Origin: Bacteroidales bacterium
GTDB lineage: Bacteria > Bacteroidota > Bacteroidia > Bacteroidales > Muribaculaceae
DNA length: 64,000 nt
Assembly: GCA_015061005.1 (NCBI GenBank)
Contig: SUXJ01000003.1
Span: forward strand, 103,129-167,128
Reading direction: 5' to 3'
Both the position numbers and the translations under genes were made by a program. The notes beneath the pieces are model-generated. The model saw only the letters and a list, made by a program, of their open reading frames with translations, searched no databases and had not been told where the DNA came from. Of the stretch, positions 20,401-29,102 are shown piece after piece. Positions within the stretch are counted from its first letter, which is position 1. Every line of letters begins with the position of its first letter.

Positions 20401-20758
20401 AGGTTGGTTTGAATTTGAGTTCGTGCTCCCGCAGGAAGTTAAAGAATTGCAGTGGGCAGAGCTCGTGATTAAGGCTAACTTCACTCCCGACACGGAATAT
20501 TTGCTTATCGACAAGTATGAAATCTCAGTCTTTACGGGAGTAGAGTCCATTATCGCTTCTGAGACGAAGATTTATGCGACGGAAGATGCAATCGTCGTTG
20601 AGAACGCAAATGTTGGTGATGAAATCCGTATCTTCACTCCTAATGGTGCAACCATAGTGGTTGATAAGGCCTCTAAGGGACAAATGAAGTTTGATGTAAA
20701 CGCCGGTATCTACGTTGTTCGCTGTGGCAACACGATTCAAAAAGTGAACGTAAGATAA
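17438..20758 (+). CDS. Large modular secreted protein with T9SS C-terminal sorting domain (paralog 1); function unknown
   Basis: 1106 aa. Signal peptide, FN3-like segments (PQNVVLTETLITWDSV...YNVYIDGQ), two choice-of-anchor-J/cleaved-adhesin-like modules (NDNKTWKW...ADDWAILP), and a C-terminal domain ending GIYVVRCGNTIQKVNVR. Confidence 0.85.
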   Translation: MREVCKKLIACLLVLVSSIAVCAQDFPVIDAQRVQERLAKVNPSFLLKHRKDNKSLTSVSVREMKKPASNVKMEAAAAGAHVEGLQVFNLDEQYDTWWQFNPETVESTALWQNDMIGGYNFNAGFVKDGVIYAVTAENGYILKFDLATGVYQGYISLYDYDDLIIHAAYDKENDVVYCYTYDTTGEGMLFQMYDPEERTYQLVRTEVGEGTLAEDPLVAMAYNPLDKFLYGITLYGENWIKINPENGEWQVIKKLDFQPSGYVQAMVYLPSAFAFSYVAVDVNEAAHHLMIEPETGNITSQTRMLDEAEYAILYCPDDALAKDAPLAPVIVSSEFDPVALSGKVKVAVPDKTFDGTELTGTVKLVMTIDDAEYSTQEVAVGSEVELSIENQTEGAHSFSVYCVSATGTKGGVAEQEFWIGFDVPATPQNVVLTETLITWDSVTEGQYGQPLESDVITYNVYIDGQKINEEPIVTNSYELNLEYTELTKVRAEVEAVCGSKVSQRGVSNEVVVGSYSIPLELNITQDVLPLITVVDANNDNKTWKWNSSDNVFEYLYSSSNDADDWAILPKTKFAESNQLYTINLDVSCYSLYPEKFEVGISKTGKVEDMVIVVPETQVASDDVITLGGQFKLDEAGEYYIGIHAISDADCYYLRLTKVTATMAEAPKTVPAACAEIVATAAEYGELAATVEFTMPALDLNGETLESEKDITVSLVSNVETVTVTGKPGERVSGVVKTEQGTNIIKVVPENEYGVGVESSVTVYTGVDVPLPAKLTSVRVSEDNRTVTFSWETTTEGKNGGFVDPAFVTYKILIYYPEQNYWFLEADCETTEYSYTVEEGASLRTVSLAVTSLNAAGYMEEGPMVISSLGAPHEIPMVELFENQELTYAPLTIERPSEECSGSWDIVSPSAFVVGAANESAAALRGFATQDGNSFAQIALPKFNPQTNDEVMVKVRAYIYGGMPDAEVFARGYQDSYLLGTISKDGREEGWFEFEFVLPQEVKELQWAELVIKANFTPDTEYLLIDKYEISVFTGVESIIASETKIYATEDAIVVENANVGDEIRIFTPNGATIVVDKASKGQMKFDVNAGIYVVRCGNTIQKVNVR

Positions 20759-20779
20759 TAAAATGTCGGTTTAAAAAGA

Positions 20780-20810
20780 CGGGAGAGTTGGAATTACTTT
20801 AACTCTCCCG
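20780..20810 (+). terminator. Hairpin between the two giant T9SS genes
   Basis: Perfect 10-bp stem CGGGAGAGTT/AACTCTCCCG with an 11-nt loop, 22 nt after the stop. The U-tract is weak, so it could act as an attenuator. Confidence 0.5.
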
Positions 20811-20869
20811 CCTTTCCAATTTTGAGAAAAAGGAATTAACAAAAGAATCCCTCAATAAAAAGTTGATTT

Positions 20870-23800
20870 ATGAGTAAAAAGTTATTTACATTCGTATTAG
20901 CGGTTCTTCTCCTGATGGGGCAGAATGTGGCATCGGCTAATATGAATAATATGCGAAGGGCATCAAATCAGCCTCGGTCGAGCGCAATGTTGTCCATGCA
21001 AAGCAGTGCTCCGGATTGGGCTCCGAAGCTAATTTCTGCCACCCCGGACTTCGCGTCGATTACTTCGGGTGTTAGCATGCTAAAACATAACCCGCTCGCA
21101 GCTCCGCAATTTATTGTTTCGCCGTCCGGTGCTACAATTCAAGGTCTGAGAGCGCAGTCAACTGATCCGAATTTTCAAAAAGGTTGGTATGAGTTGACAA
21201 CTGATGGAGGCGAGAATCTAATGTGGACTTCGGAAGCTCTGGCAGAAACGATAGGTTTCGTTAGAGGCTCGGAATTATACACATTCTTCTCGCTCGATTT
21301 TATGGGTCAGATTTTCGTGAGCTGTAACGTATATGATTTAAATACCGGAGAATTTTTGCGTTCCAAGGATTTGAATACCACGAATTATTCTCAGATGGTA
21401 TTGTCGGCAGTGTATGACGAACAAGAAGATGTTGCCTACGTTTACACCTACAATGAAAATATGACCGACGCGTTGATTCAGCGCGTAGATTTGGAAACCT
21501 TTGAATTTACATTAATCCGTTCTGACGAAAACTTACTGCTTGATCGAGTAGTTGCTTGGGCATACAATCCCGTTGACCATGAAATCTACGGTGTGAGTCT
21601 TAGCGGACACTTTGTGAGAATGGACAAGGAGTCAGGCCTTTTCTTCTATGTAGGTATGACGGGTATCACTCCGGGCTCTTATTCTCAGTCTATGGTCTAT
21701 AGCCCGTTGGATCATAAATTTGTGTGGGCATGTATTTTGCCTGATCAAACGTCATGTTTGTTTACAATAGATCCTATTACCGGTGTCGCACAATCTGTGT
21801 ATCGTTATGAATACCCCAATCAGTATACAATATTATATACTCCTGACAAGGTTTGCGTCGATAATGCACCGGGACTCGCCACGTTTAAGAGCCTGCAATT
21901 TGAAGGTGCTTCAACGACCGGTAAGGGAGTAGTGACGTTACCTACTGTTAATTATGTTGGAGAACCTATCTCAGGTGAAGTTTATCTGCGCATAAGTGAT
22001 GGTCGCACGGTTATTCATAGTGAACTTAAAGGTCAAGTCGGTGAAGACGTTGAATTTGAGTTGACTCTTACTGAAGGATTGCATGACGTTTCGGCAATAC
22101 CTTTCTTTAAGGAAAATGGTTCGACCGTTGACGGACATCCGGTATATAAGAAAATATATGTCGGTTATGACACCCCCAAAAAGCCGGAAAATGTAGTGCT
22201 TACTGAAACATCTGTTTCATGGAATGCCGTTGGTGCCGTTGGCGCAAACGGTGGCTTTGTTGATGTTAATGATCTCAAGTATAATGTTTATCTTAACGGA
22301 GTAAAACAGAATGAAGAACCGGTAGTCGGCACCAATTTTGCATTGACAATCCCTGACTCTACGTTAGCATACTACACCGTGGAAGTGGAAGCAGTGGCGG
22401 GAGGAAAGGTTTCTGAAAAAGCATCAACCACTGAATTGTTCGGTCATGCGTTCCCCGTGCCCTATAGCGCTACTCCTACGGAAGAACAAATCAAGTTGTT
22501 TACAATGGTCAATAGCGGCTACGGTTTCTGGAAATTTAATTCGAATGAATCCGAACCTCTGTATCATCTGTCGGACAAAGACGAACCGGCCAACAACTGG
22601 TTGTTCCTGCCGTTAATTGCATTCACCGATGAGGAACACTTATATGAAGTGTCGTTTGACGCCCGTTGTCGTCTTGCTGATTTCGGAAATGTTTTGCAAG
22701 TAGGTATCAGCAAAACCACTAACCCTGAAGATGCCGAAATTTTCTATACGCAGTCGCTTAATAATACTGAATATCTTACGTTTAAGAAGATGTTTAACGT
22801 TGAGGCTGCCGGAGATTACTATATTGCTATCAAATGTGCATCTGAGACTGATGGCTTCTATTTGTATCTGAAGAATATTGAAATTAGACTGACCGACAAT
22901 CTGCCCGATGTTCCCGGCTTGTGTGAAAACTTCAAGTTGATTCCGGCAGAAAAGGGCGAACTGAAAGCAACTGTTGAGTTCACCATGCCACGAAAATCGC
23001 TTGTTGGCGGTTCATTATATACCAAAGGCGGTGAGTTGACTGCAACAATCAAATCAGATGTTGAGACGCTGACTGTTTCAGGCACTCCCGGTTCGCGTCA
23101 AAGCGTTGACATTGCGACTGTTCAAGGCATGAGTGCCGTCTATGTTTACGTTTCAAACTCGTATGGAGATGGTGAAGAAGTTCGAGGCATGGTATTTTGT
23201 GGGGAAGACGCCCCGACATTTACTAACATTAACGTTGATGCGAGTGAGGACAATCTGACAGCTATCGTTTCTTGGAATGCACCCAAAAAAGGCGCAAACG
23301 GCGGTTACTTGAACCCGGATAATTTGGTTTATACGATTTATAACAATCATCCGATGACGGGCGAATGGATTGAGCTCGGAAAAGTGACCGGCGAAACCGA
23401 GTATCGTTTCACACTCCCCAGCGGAGCCGGGCTTCAACTCCTCACCTTGGGACTCACTGTCAGCAATCAATATGGCGGCGGAGAAAACGTTGCTTATTCC
23501 ACTATTGTTCTCGGACCTCCGCATAAGCTACCTATGATTGAAACATTTGATGGTGTGATTGCTTATGAGCCTATTGTTGAGCAGCCATTGGGCGATGACT
23601 ATACCGGTCAATGGATATTTGCCAATCCCACCGAAGTAGATGTGGAGGCAGAAAACAACAGCGGGTATGCTCTCATCGGTTTCCCGGCAACTAATGCCAA
23701 TGCGTATGGTCGAATTGCATTGCCCAAGTTCTCAACTTCAGGTGCAGAAAGAGCAGAATTGAAGATGCGATTCTTCGTTGCCGATTATACTCCCGAAACA

Positions 23801-25384
23801 GAAATTCTGATTTGTGGAAACTCTGACGATGAAGTTGTGCTTGGCACAGTCTCTTCACAAGATGGTGAAGGTTGGATTACAAAGACCTTTGTGTTCCCCG
23901 AAGAATTCCAAAACAGAAAGTGGGCCTACATAGCCCTCCGCGCAAAGTATGACGGTCAGGTTAGCTTCATAATAATGGATTCTTACTCAATCAAGGATCC
24001 GTTGGCGCAAGATTTGGCGATAACTTCACTCGAAGGGCCCAAGGCTACGATGATTGGAAATACGGAATATTACAATGTGACAATCGAGAATAACGGCTAT
24101 GAAACAATGGCAGTTCCCGAGATCGTTTGTCAGCTCGTGGGAGAGGATGGCAAGGTGCTGAAAAATCTTGATGCCACAAGCTCTGTGAATACTGCCGATT
24201 TGGATCCGTCTCAGCAGCTTGACTTGCAGTTTGAATACAAGCCCACTGTGGATAATGTCGGTAATCTGAAAATTCGCGCATCATTTGACACCGATGATAT
24301 GGATTTGTCGAACAATGCCATGGAGCAGGCCGTAGTTGTTCAAGTTGGCACCGATCCAATTGTTACAGACCTTGAAGCATCATATATGCAGGGTGGCAAC
24401 TCTGTGGAATTGAATTGGTCGGCACCTGTCGTGTCGCTCGGACTTGAAGATTTTGAAGGAATGATTCCCTTCAGCTATGACGAAAATCTGGGCGATTGGA
24501 CCAATATTGACGGCGACGGGCTTACTACATGGGTTTTCGGTTCATGGACATACCCTGACTGTGGTTTGGCCAAAGGATTCCAAGTGTTTGACTACACTCA
24601 GTTGCCGGTTTCCGACGCTTTGTTTAAAGCATATTCCGGCGATAAGTACCTTGTTGCCATTTCTCCTGATGATCCAAATGTAAACGCTGATGACTGGTTG
24701 ATTTCGCCGCAAATTAAAGGCGGTTCATCGGTTTCCTTCCAGTTTGCAATCATCAATCAGCAGTATTCACCCGAATATGTTGAGGTGATGTATTCATCCA
24801 CCACAAAAGACAGAAGTGCATTTAAGGTCGTTGAAACATTCAGCAAATCAACGTTGGGTTGGGAATTGATCACAACCAAGTTACCGGCTGATGCCAAATA
24901 TTTTGCAATTCACTATGTGAGCAAAAACACATTCGGCATTATGATTGACGATATTACTTATGCTCCGGCAGATCAATTGGCGGATGATATGAAGTATAAC
25001 GTTTATCGTGATGGTCAAAAGATTGCAGAAAAGCTGACCGCGACATCTTATGTTGACTCAAATGTTGAAGTCAAGAACTATGTGTATAATGTGACCGTTG
25101 TTGTCAACAAAGAAGGCTCAGATGTAGAGTATTCGATGTCAAACAGCGCTTATGCAAATCTTCTCAGCAGCTTGGAGGAAATAGCGTTGGACGGTACAAT
25201 TTATGCGAGCGACGGTTGTATAGTCCTTTCCGGTTATGCGGAGCAAGACTATGGAGTATATACTATTGATGGAATATGTGTTGCATCAGGAATAGTGAAA
25301 TCCTCGACTGAACGAATCAAACTCGCGCCTGATGTATATGTGCTTAAAGTAGGCACTCGCGTTGAAAAGATCATAGTAAAGTAA
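20870..25384 (+). CDS. Large modular secreted protein with T9SS C-terminal sorting domain (paralog 2, extended); function unknown
   Basis: 1504 aa with the same N-terminal module order as 17438-20758. It adds a CARDB-like segment (DLAITSLEG...VTIENNG) and a canonical choice-of-anchor-J module (WTNIDGDG...ADDWLISPQI). The C-terminal domain ends VYVLKVGTRVEKIIVK. Confidence 0.85.
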   Translation: MSKKLFTFVLAVLLLMGQNVASANMNNMRRASNQPRSSAMLSMQSSAPDWAPKLISATPDFASITSGVSMLKHNPLAAPQFIVSPSGATIQGLRAQSTDPNFQKGWYELTTDGGENLMWTSEALAETIGFVRGSELYTFFSLDFMGQIFVSCNVYDLNTGEFLRSKDLNTTNYSQMVLSAVYDEQEDVAYVYTYNENMTDALIQRVDLETFEFTLIRSDENLLLDRVVAWAYNPVDHEIYGVSLSGHFVRMDKESGLFFYVGMTGITPGSYSQSMVYSPLDHKFVWACILPDQTSCLFTIDPITGVAQSVYRYEYPNQYTILYTPDKVCVDNAPGLATFKSLQFEGASTTGKGVVTLPTVNYVGEPISGEVYLRISDGRTVIHSELKGQVGEDVEFELTLTEGLHDVSAIPFFKENGSTVDGHPVYKKIYVGYDTPKKPENVVLTETSVSWNAVGAVGANGGFVDVNDLKYNVYLNGVKQNEEPVVGTNFALTIPDSTLAYYTVEVEAVAGGKVSEKASTTELFGHAFPVPYSATPTEEQIKLFTMVNSGYGFWKFNSNESEPLYHLSDKDEPANNWLFLPLIAFTDEEHLYEVSFDARCRLADFGNVLQVGISKTTNPEDAEIFYTQSLNNTEYLTFKKMFNVEAAGDYYIAIKCASETDGFYLYLKNIEIRLTDNLPDVPGLCENFKLIPAEKGELKATVEFTMPRKSLVGGSLYTKGGELTATIKSDVETLTVSGTPGSRQSVDIATVQGMSAVYVYVSNSYGDGEEVRGMVFCGEDAPTFTNINVDASEDNLTAIVSWNAPKKGANGGYLNPDNLVYTIYNNHPMTGEWIELGKVTGETEYRFTLPSGAGLQLLTLGLTVSNQYGGGENVAYSTIVLGPPHKLPMIETFDGVIAYEPIVEQPLGDDYTGQWIFANPTEVDVEAENNSGYALIGFPATNANAYGRIALPKFSTSGAERAELKMRFFVADYTPETEILICGNSDDEVVLGTVSSQDGEGWITKTFVFPEEFQNRKWAYIALRAKYDGQVSFIIMDSYSIKDPLAQDLAITSLEGPKATMIGNTEYYNVTIENNGYETMAVPEIVCQLVGEDGKVLKNLDATSSVNTADLDPSQQLDLQFEYKPTVDNVGNLKIRASFDTDDMDLSNNAMEQAVVVQVGTDPIVTDLEASYMQGGNSVELNWSAPVVSLGLEDFEGMIPFSYDENLGDWTNIDGDGLTTWVFGSWTYPDCGLAKGFQVFDYTQLPVSDALFKAYSGDKYLVAISPDDPNVNADDWLISPQIKGGSSVSFQFAIINQQYSPEYVEVMYSSTTKDRSAFKVVETFSKSTLGWELITTKLPADAKYFAIHYVSKNTFGIMIDDITYAPADQLADDMKYNVYRDGQKIAEKLTATSYVDSNVEVKNYVYNVTVVVNKEGSDVEYSMSNSAYANLLSSLEEIALDGTIYASDGCIVLSGYAEQDYGVYTIDGICVASGIVKSSTERIKLAPDVYVLKVGTRVEKIIVK

Positions 25385-25407
25385 GTCACTGTTAAAATCA
25401 GCATTAA

Positions 25408-25447
25408 AGAGGCTGTGTCGCAAGATGCAGCCTCTGTTTTTTTAATA
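25408..25447 (+). terminator. Rho-independent terminator after the second giant T9SS gene
   Basis: 8-bp stem AGAGGCTG/CAGCCTCT followed by GTTTTTTTT. Confidence 0.75.
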
Positions 25448-25551
25448 AATCCGAGTGAGCTGTCGGGCAAAATAAAAACAAAATTGCTCTCAATAGTGTT
25501 ATCATATTAAAAACGGTTAAAATCAAAAATTAAAGAGTAATAAAATTTTTT

Positions 25552-26121
25552 ATGATGAACACGAAAATTCAGCAATTTCAAGAGCAGTCTCATAGTTGGT
25601 GGGCTGTTCTTGTTGTGGGTATCCTCATGGTAATAGCCGGCTTTGCTTATTGGTTGTTTCCGGTTATCGGTTACGAAGTTGCATCGATTTTGTTTGGCTG
25701 GATGTTGGTGGCATTCGGTGTGGTGCAATTATGCGTAAGCGGAGGTAACCGTCGCCCCAAAAATTGGGGTTGGTGGCTTGCCGGAGGTATTCTCAATATG
25801 TTTGTCGGATTTATGCTGATACGAAACATAACGTTGGCAGAACTGTTGTTCCCGTATTTCCTTGCCGTAGTATTTGTTTATAGCGGAGTTACGGCCTTGG
25901 TAAGTGCAGCTTGGCGTGGTCGGCGTAGGCTGCGCTGGGTTCGCTATTTCAATGGTATCATATTGCTCCTAATCGGATTCCTGTTTTTCGAAGCCGGTTA
26001 TTGGGCTAATGTCTATAATGTTAGTTTTTTGACAGCATTGGCATTTGTATATTGGGGCACTACCTTGATTATCTTTTCGATTGATATGAAGCCTGATAAG
26101 ACAAAAGTCCGAGCGGCATAA
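25552..26121 (+). CDS. HdeD/DUF308-family membrane protein
   Basis: 189 aa with six hydrophobic helices in the repeating W..l..Gil.i..G pattern. Confidence 0.65.
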   Translation: MMNTKIQQFQEQSHSWWAVLVVGILMVIAGFAYWLFPVIGYEVASILFGWMLVAFGVVQLCVSGGNRRPKNWGWWLAGGILNMFVGFMLIRNITLAELLFPYFLAVVFVYSGVTALVSAAWRGRRRLRWVRYFNGIILLLIGFLFFEAGYWANVYNVSFLTALAFVYWGTTLIIFSIDMKPDKTKVRAA

Positions 26122-26130
26122 TCAGTCGGG

Positions 26131-26166
26131 CGGCTTCCTGTTTGATTCGGAAGCCGTCTTTTTTTA
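26131..26166 (+). terminator. Rho-independent terminator after the HdeD-like gene
   Basis: Stem CGGCTTCC/GGAAGCCG followed by TCTTTTTTT. Confidence 0.7.
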
Positions 26167-26228
26167 TGGTAAGTTTGAGTATATGGAAAAATATACTTAT
26201 CTTGCGGCCGGATTTATGATATAATACA

Positions 26229-27620
26229 ATGCTTATGAAAAAATTTACCCTTGTCGTGATTGGTTTGCTGATTGCAAATGTCGGATTTGCTCAGCGTCAA
26301 TTCAGTGATCGTATTGCACCGAATAAGCCGGCTTCGTTTGCAAAAGTGAACGAAGTTAACGCAAAGAAGCGTTCTGCCAAGGTTGGACCGGTAATGAAGG
26401 CTGCCGATGAAAACTCTCTGATGATGCCTCGCCATGAAGAAGAATGGTTGTTCATCTCAGAATGGGAGAAAGGCGGTGATTTTTACTATGCTTATGATGT
26501 TCGCGGAAATAAAACTTCCGAAACGTATGATGACGGTATTGTGGCAAACAAGACCGAACATACCTATGATAGCTATGATAATCTTACTTCAATACTCGAA
26601 TCTTATTCCGAGGGAGGTGCACCGTTTGAATACACTACCAAGCGCCTTATTTCATACGATTCCAAAGTTAAGAACGTAATCGTTGAAAGTCAGAGTTTTG
26701 AATGGGATGGAACAGATTGGGTCATGGTTCCTGACGGTTATACTTACAAGCGCGTTATCAATCGCGATGAAAAAGGCAATGTTACCGGAGTGGAGATTTC
26801 GACCTACTTCAATGATGCGTATGATTTATTGCAAAAATCTACAGTTACTTATGGCGACGACGGACTCCCCTCGACATGGAAGTATGAAGAGTTGATATAC
26901 TTGGAATCCGGCGACTTGCAAATGACCGAAATCTATGCTCTTTCCGATATGGAATGGATTTCTACCGACGGGCAAATTCTCGTTATGGAGGAAGTCAATG
27001 AATTTTTCTTCGGAAACAACAAACTGAAAAAGGCAACGCTATATGTTCAAGGTCAGGAAGCCGGATATATTGGAGGTGAATATCAAGAAAATGGCGATTA
27101 CAGCTATTATGTAGTTTACTTAGGCGCTCCCATGGAAAAAGAAATCTACTCTTTTGCCGTAATTGATGAAAACGGAAGCTACAAAGATAGTTGTGTGGCT
27201 TATAAAGACCTCAATGGTGACGGTGAATTTGCCGAAGACGAATTGGATTACAGTGACGAAATCAACGTGACTTATGATAACGCCGGCAGAGTTACGGAGG
27301 AAGTCTATTCGGTGTTTGATGTGATAAGTTCTGCTGCACGCTATGAATATACCTATTCACCCGACTATGGTAACTATCCCGTTGAGCAAGTTTATTACTA
27401 CTATGATGTTCAAAACAGCGAATATGTTCCTTATATGAAGTTGATTGCCGATGATTTTTATGACGTATGTGCCGGTATTGACGAAATCAACGTTGACAAC
27501 TCTTCTGCCTGCGCCATCTATAATCTCCAAGGTATAAAAATCAACTCTCTTGAGCAGGATCTGCCCTCCGGAGTATATATCATTAAGCAGAATGGTAAAA
27601 CAGTAAAGGTTGCCAAATAA
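26229..27620 (+). CDS. Secreted YD-repeat-like protein with T9SS C-terminal sorting domain
   Basis: Signal peptide (FTLVVIGLLIANVGFAQ), repeated YxYDxxGN-type motifs (YAYDVRGNKT, HTYDSYDNLT, VTYDNAGRVT), and a C-terminal IYNLQGIKI...GVYIIKQNGKTVKVAK. Confidence 0.75.
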   Translation: MLMKKFTLVVIGLLIANVGFAQRQFSDRIAPNKPASFAKVNEVNAKKRSAKVGPVMKAADENSLMMPRHEEEWLFISEWEKGGDFYYAYDVRGNKTSETYDDGIVANKTEHTYDSYDNLTSILESYSEGGAPFEYTTKRLISYDSKVKNVIVESQSFEWDGTDWVMVPDGYTYKRVINRDEKGNVTGVEISTYFNDAYDLLQKSTVTYGDDGLPSTWKYEELIYLESGDLQMTEIYALSDMEWISTDGQILVMEEVNEFFFGNNKLKKATLYVQGQEAGYIGGEYQENGDYSYYVVYLGAPMEKEIYSFAVIDENGSYKDSCVAYKDLNGDGEFAEDELDYSDEINVTYDNAGRVTEEVYSVFDVISSAARYEYTYSPDYGNYPVEQVYYYYDVQNSEYVPYMKLIADDFYDVCAGIDEINVDNSSACAIYNLQGIKINSLEQDLPSGVYIIKQNGKTVKVAK

Positions 27621-27653
27621 ATTCCTTGTACTTTTATTAGCATTTTATATCGG

Positions 27654-27682
27654 TGCCGGCTCGCAGAGTCGGCATCGCTTTT
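27654..27682 (+). terminator. Hairpin terminator after the YD-like T9SS gene
   Basis: Stem TGCCGGCT/AGTCGGCA with one G-U pair, followed by TCGCTTTT. Confidence 0.55.
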
Positions 27683-27736
27683 GATGTGAATTTTGTTAAA
27701 ACCGCATGGGATTATGTCGGTATAAAAATTTTTCAG

Positions 27737-27744
27737 TATCTTTG
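27737..27744 (+). promoter_or_regulatory. -7 box TATCTTTG upstream of the Trp-rich protein gene
   Basis: Exact match about 82 nt upstream of the ATG at 27826. Confidence 0.5.
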
Positions 27745-27825
27745 CGAATAAACTTTTGCGCCGCCGGTGCGTCTAATAAGGTAAAAAAGAATGATAAGTA
27801 ACCGCAAAACAGAAAGGTCGCAATT

Positions 27826-29073
27826 ATGAAAAGAATGACTATTTGCAGATGGATGCTCGGAATTAGTGCATTGACCATGTTGTCAGGGTCGTTGTACGCT
27901 CAGAGCTATTATGACGATGATATATATTACGATGCAGCAGCCGCCAAAAAAGAGGCAAAGAAACAGGCTGCGGAACAGAACGCTGCTGTGAGTTATGCTT
28001 CATCTTCTCGTGATGTTGACGAATATAATCGCAGGGGCAGTTATGCTCCGGTTGCTGAAACATCGACAGATTTGGGCGATAATTTAGAATATACTCGCAG
28101 AATCGAACGCTTTCACAATCCGGATATAGTAGTGAAGTCAGGCGATGACGATCTGTTGTATTATTATGACTACGCCAATGACGAATTGGCGGACGTGAAT
28201 GGTTATACCTCGCCCACCACTATCAATATCTACGTTGATAATCCCGATCCTTGGGACATGTATTGGAGTCCTTATTACTACTCCTCGGCATGGTCATGGG
28301 CATGGCGGAATTCATATTACAATCCTTGGTGGACCTATAACTATACGTGGGGCTATGGTCCTTCGTTCAGTTGGAGTTGGTATTGGGGTCCCTCATGGAG
28401 TTGGAATTGGCATTGCGGTCCTACCTATAGTTGGTATTGGGGTTGGAATCATGGATGCGGATGGATGCCCCCTCATCACCATCACGGACCGGCATGGCAT
28501 GACAAGCCTCACCATCAGCCCGTGCGTTGGGCCGGGTCCGGAGCTTCAGGCACTCCCGGACGTCCCGGATATTCCGGCGGAGACAACAGAGGCCGTCGTC
28601 CTTCGGGAACTTATCCCGGCGTCAGCAGCGGCAGCGGCCGTCGTCCCTCCGGCTCAATGGCAAGCGGTGCATCAACCGGCCGACGTCCTACCAATGATAA
28701 TTCCACAGCGAGCCAAGCAGGTCGCCCCTCCGGAATCTACAATCCCTCTGATGCGTCAAGACCTGTGAATGAATCAACCGTGTCGGGACGTGGAGGCACT
28801 CGCCGAGCCGCCGGCGGAACAAATGTCAGCACCGGCAACTCAGGGTGGCGTTCAAGCAGCAGCAGTTATAACAGCGGTCGCGCGTCGTCGAGTTCGCGCA
28901 GCAGTTCCGGCGCATCGCGCAGTAGCTATAATTCGGGTCGCTCGTCATCAAGTCGCAGTAGCATGAGCTCCGGACGCAGCACATCGAGTAGCTCGCGCAG
29001 CTGTGCCACTCGCAGCAGCGGCGGGTCGTCCGGTCGCAGCGGAGGCGGCAGAAGCTCCGGTGGCAGACATTGA
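27826..29073 (+). CDS. Secreted low-complexity protein: Trp/Tyr/His-rich core plus Ser/Arg/Gly-rich tail; no family recognised
   Basis: 415 aa with a signal peptide ending LYAQ. The aromatic block has about 19 Trp in about 94 residues by my count. It also has PPHHHH and HC/GC pairs and a long SSRS/GRRPSG tail. Its own TATCTTTG box is upstream. Confidence 0.75.
   Translation: MKRMTICRWMLGISALTMLSGSLYAQSYYDDDIYYDAAAAKKEAKKQAAEQNAAVSYASSSRDVDEYNRRGSYAPVAETSTDLGDNLEYTRRIERFHNPDIVVKSGDDDLLYYYDYANDELADVNGYTSPTTINIYVDNPDPWDMYWSPYYYSSAWSWAWRNSYYNPWWTYNYTWGYGPSFSWSWYWGPSWSWNWHCGPTYSWYWGWNHGCGWMPPHHHHGPAWHDKPHHQPVRWAGSGASGTPGRPGYSGGDNRGRRPSGTYPGVSSGSGRRPSGSMASGASTGRRPTNDNSTASQAGRPSGIYNPSDASRPVNESTVSGRGGTRRAAGGTNVSTGNSGWRSSSSSYNSGRASSSSRSSSGASRSSYNSGRSSSSRSSMSSGRSTSSSSRSCATRSSGGSSGRSGGGRSSGGRH
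28357..28458 (+). repeat. Three imperfect 30-42-nt tandem units, each starting GGTCC, encoding GP-x-(S/Y)-W-x-W motifs
   Basis: Units start at 28357, 28387 and 28417. The peptides are GPSFSWSWYW, GPSWSWNWHC and GPTYSWYWGWNHGC. Confidence 0.8.
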
Positions 29074-29102
29074 ACATAAATTATTAAAATTGCAGACAAA
29101 AA

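Noticed and set aside
20850-20869. Independent promoter for the second giant T9SS gene (CAATTTTG near 20815-20822).
   Set aside because: It has one mismatch at the invariant first T of TAnnTTTG. I cannot distinguish a weak promoter from read-through without transcript data, so it is not annotated as a feature.
28199-28966. Alternative-frame ORFs (189 and 65 aa) and the reverse ORF 28826-29077 inside the Trp/Ser-rich gene. One gives GVGIGV repeats.
   Set aside because: These are a by-product of the TGG/AGC/CGC-rich repetitive DNA. They have no independent start context, and the main frame has a signal peptide and a promoter.
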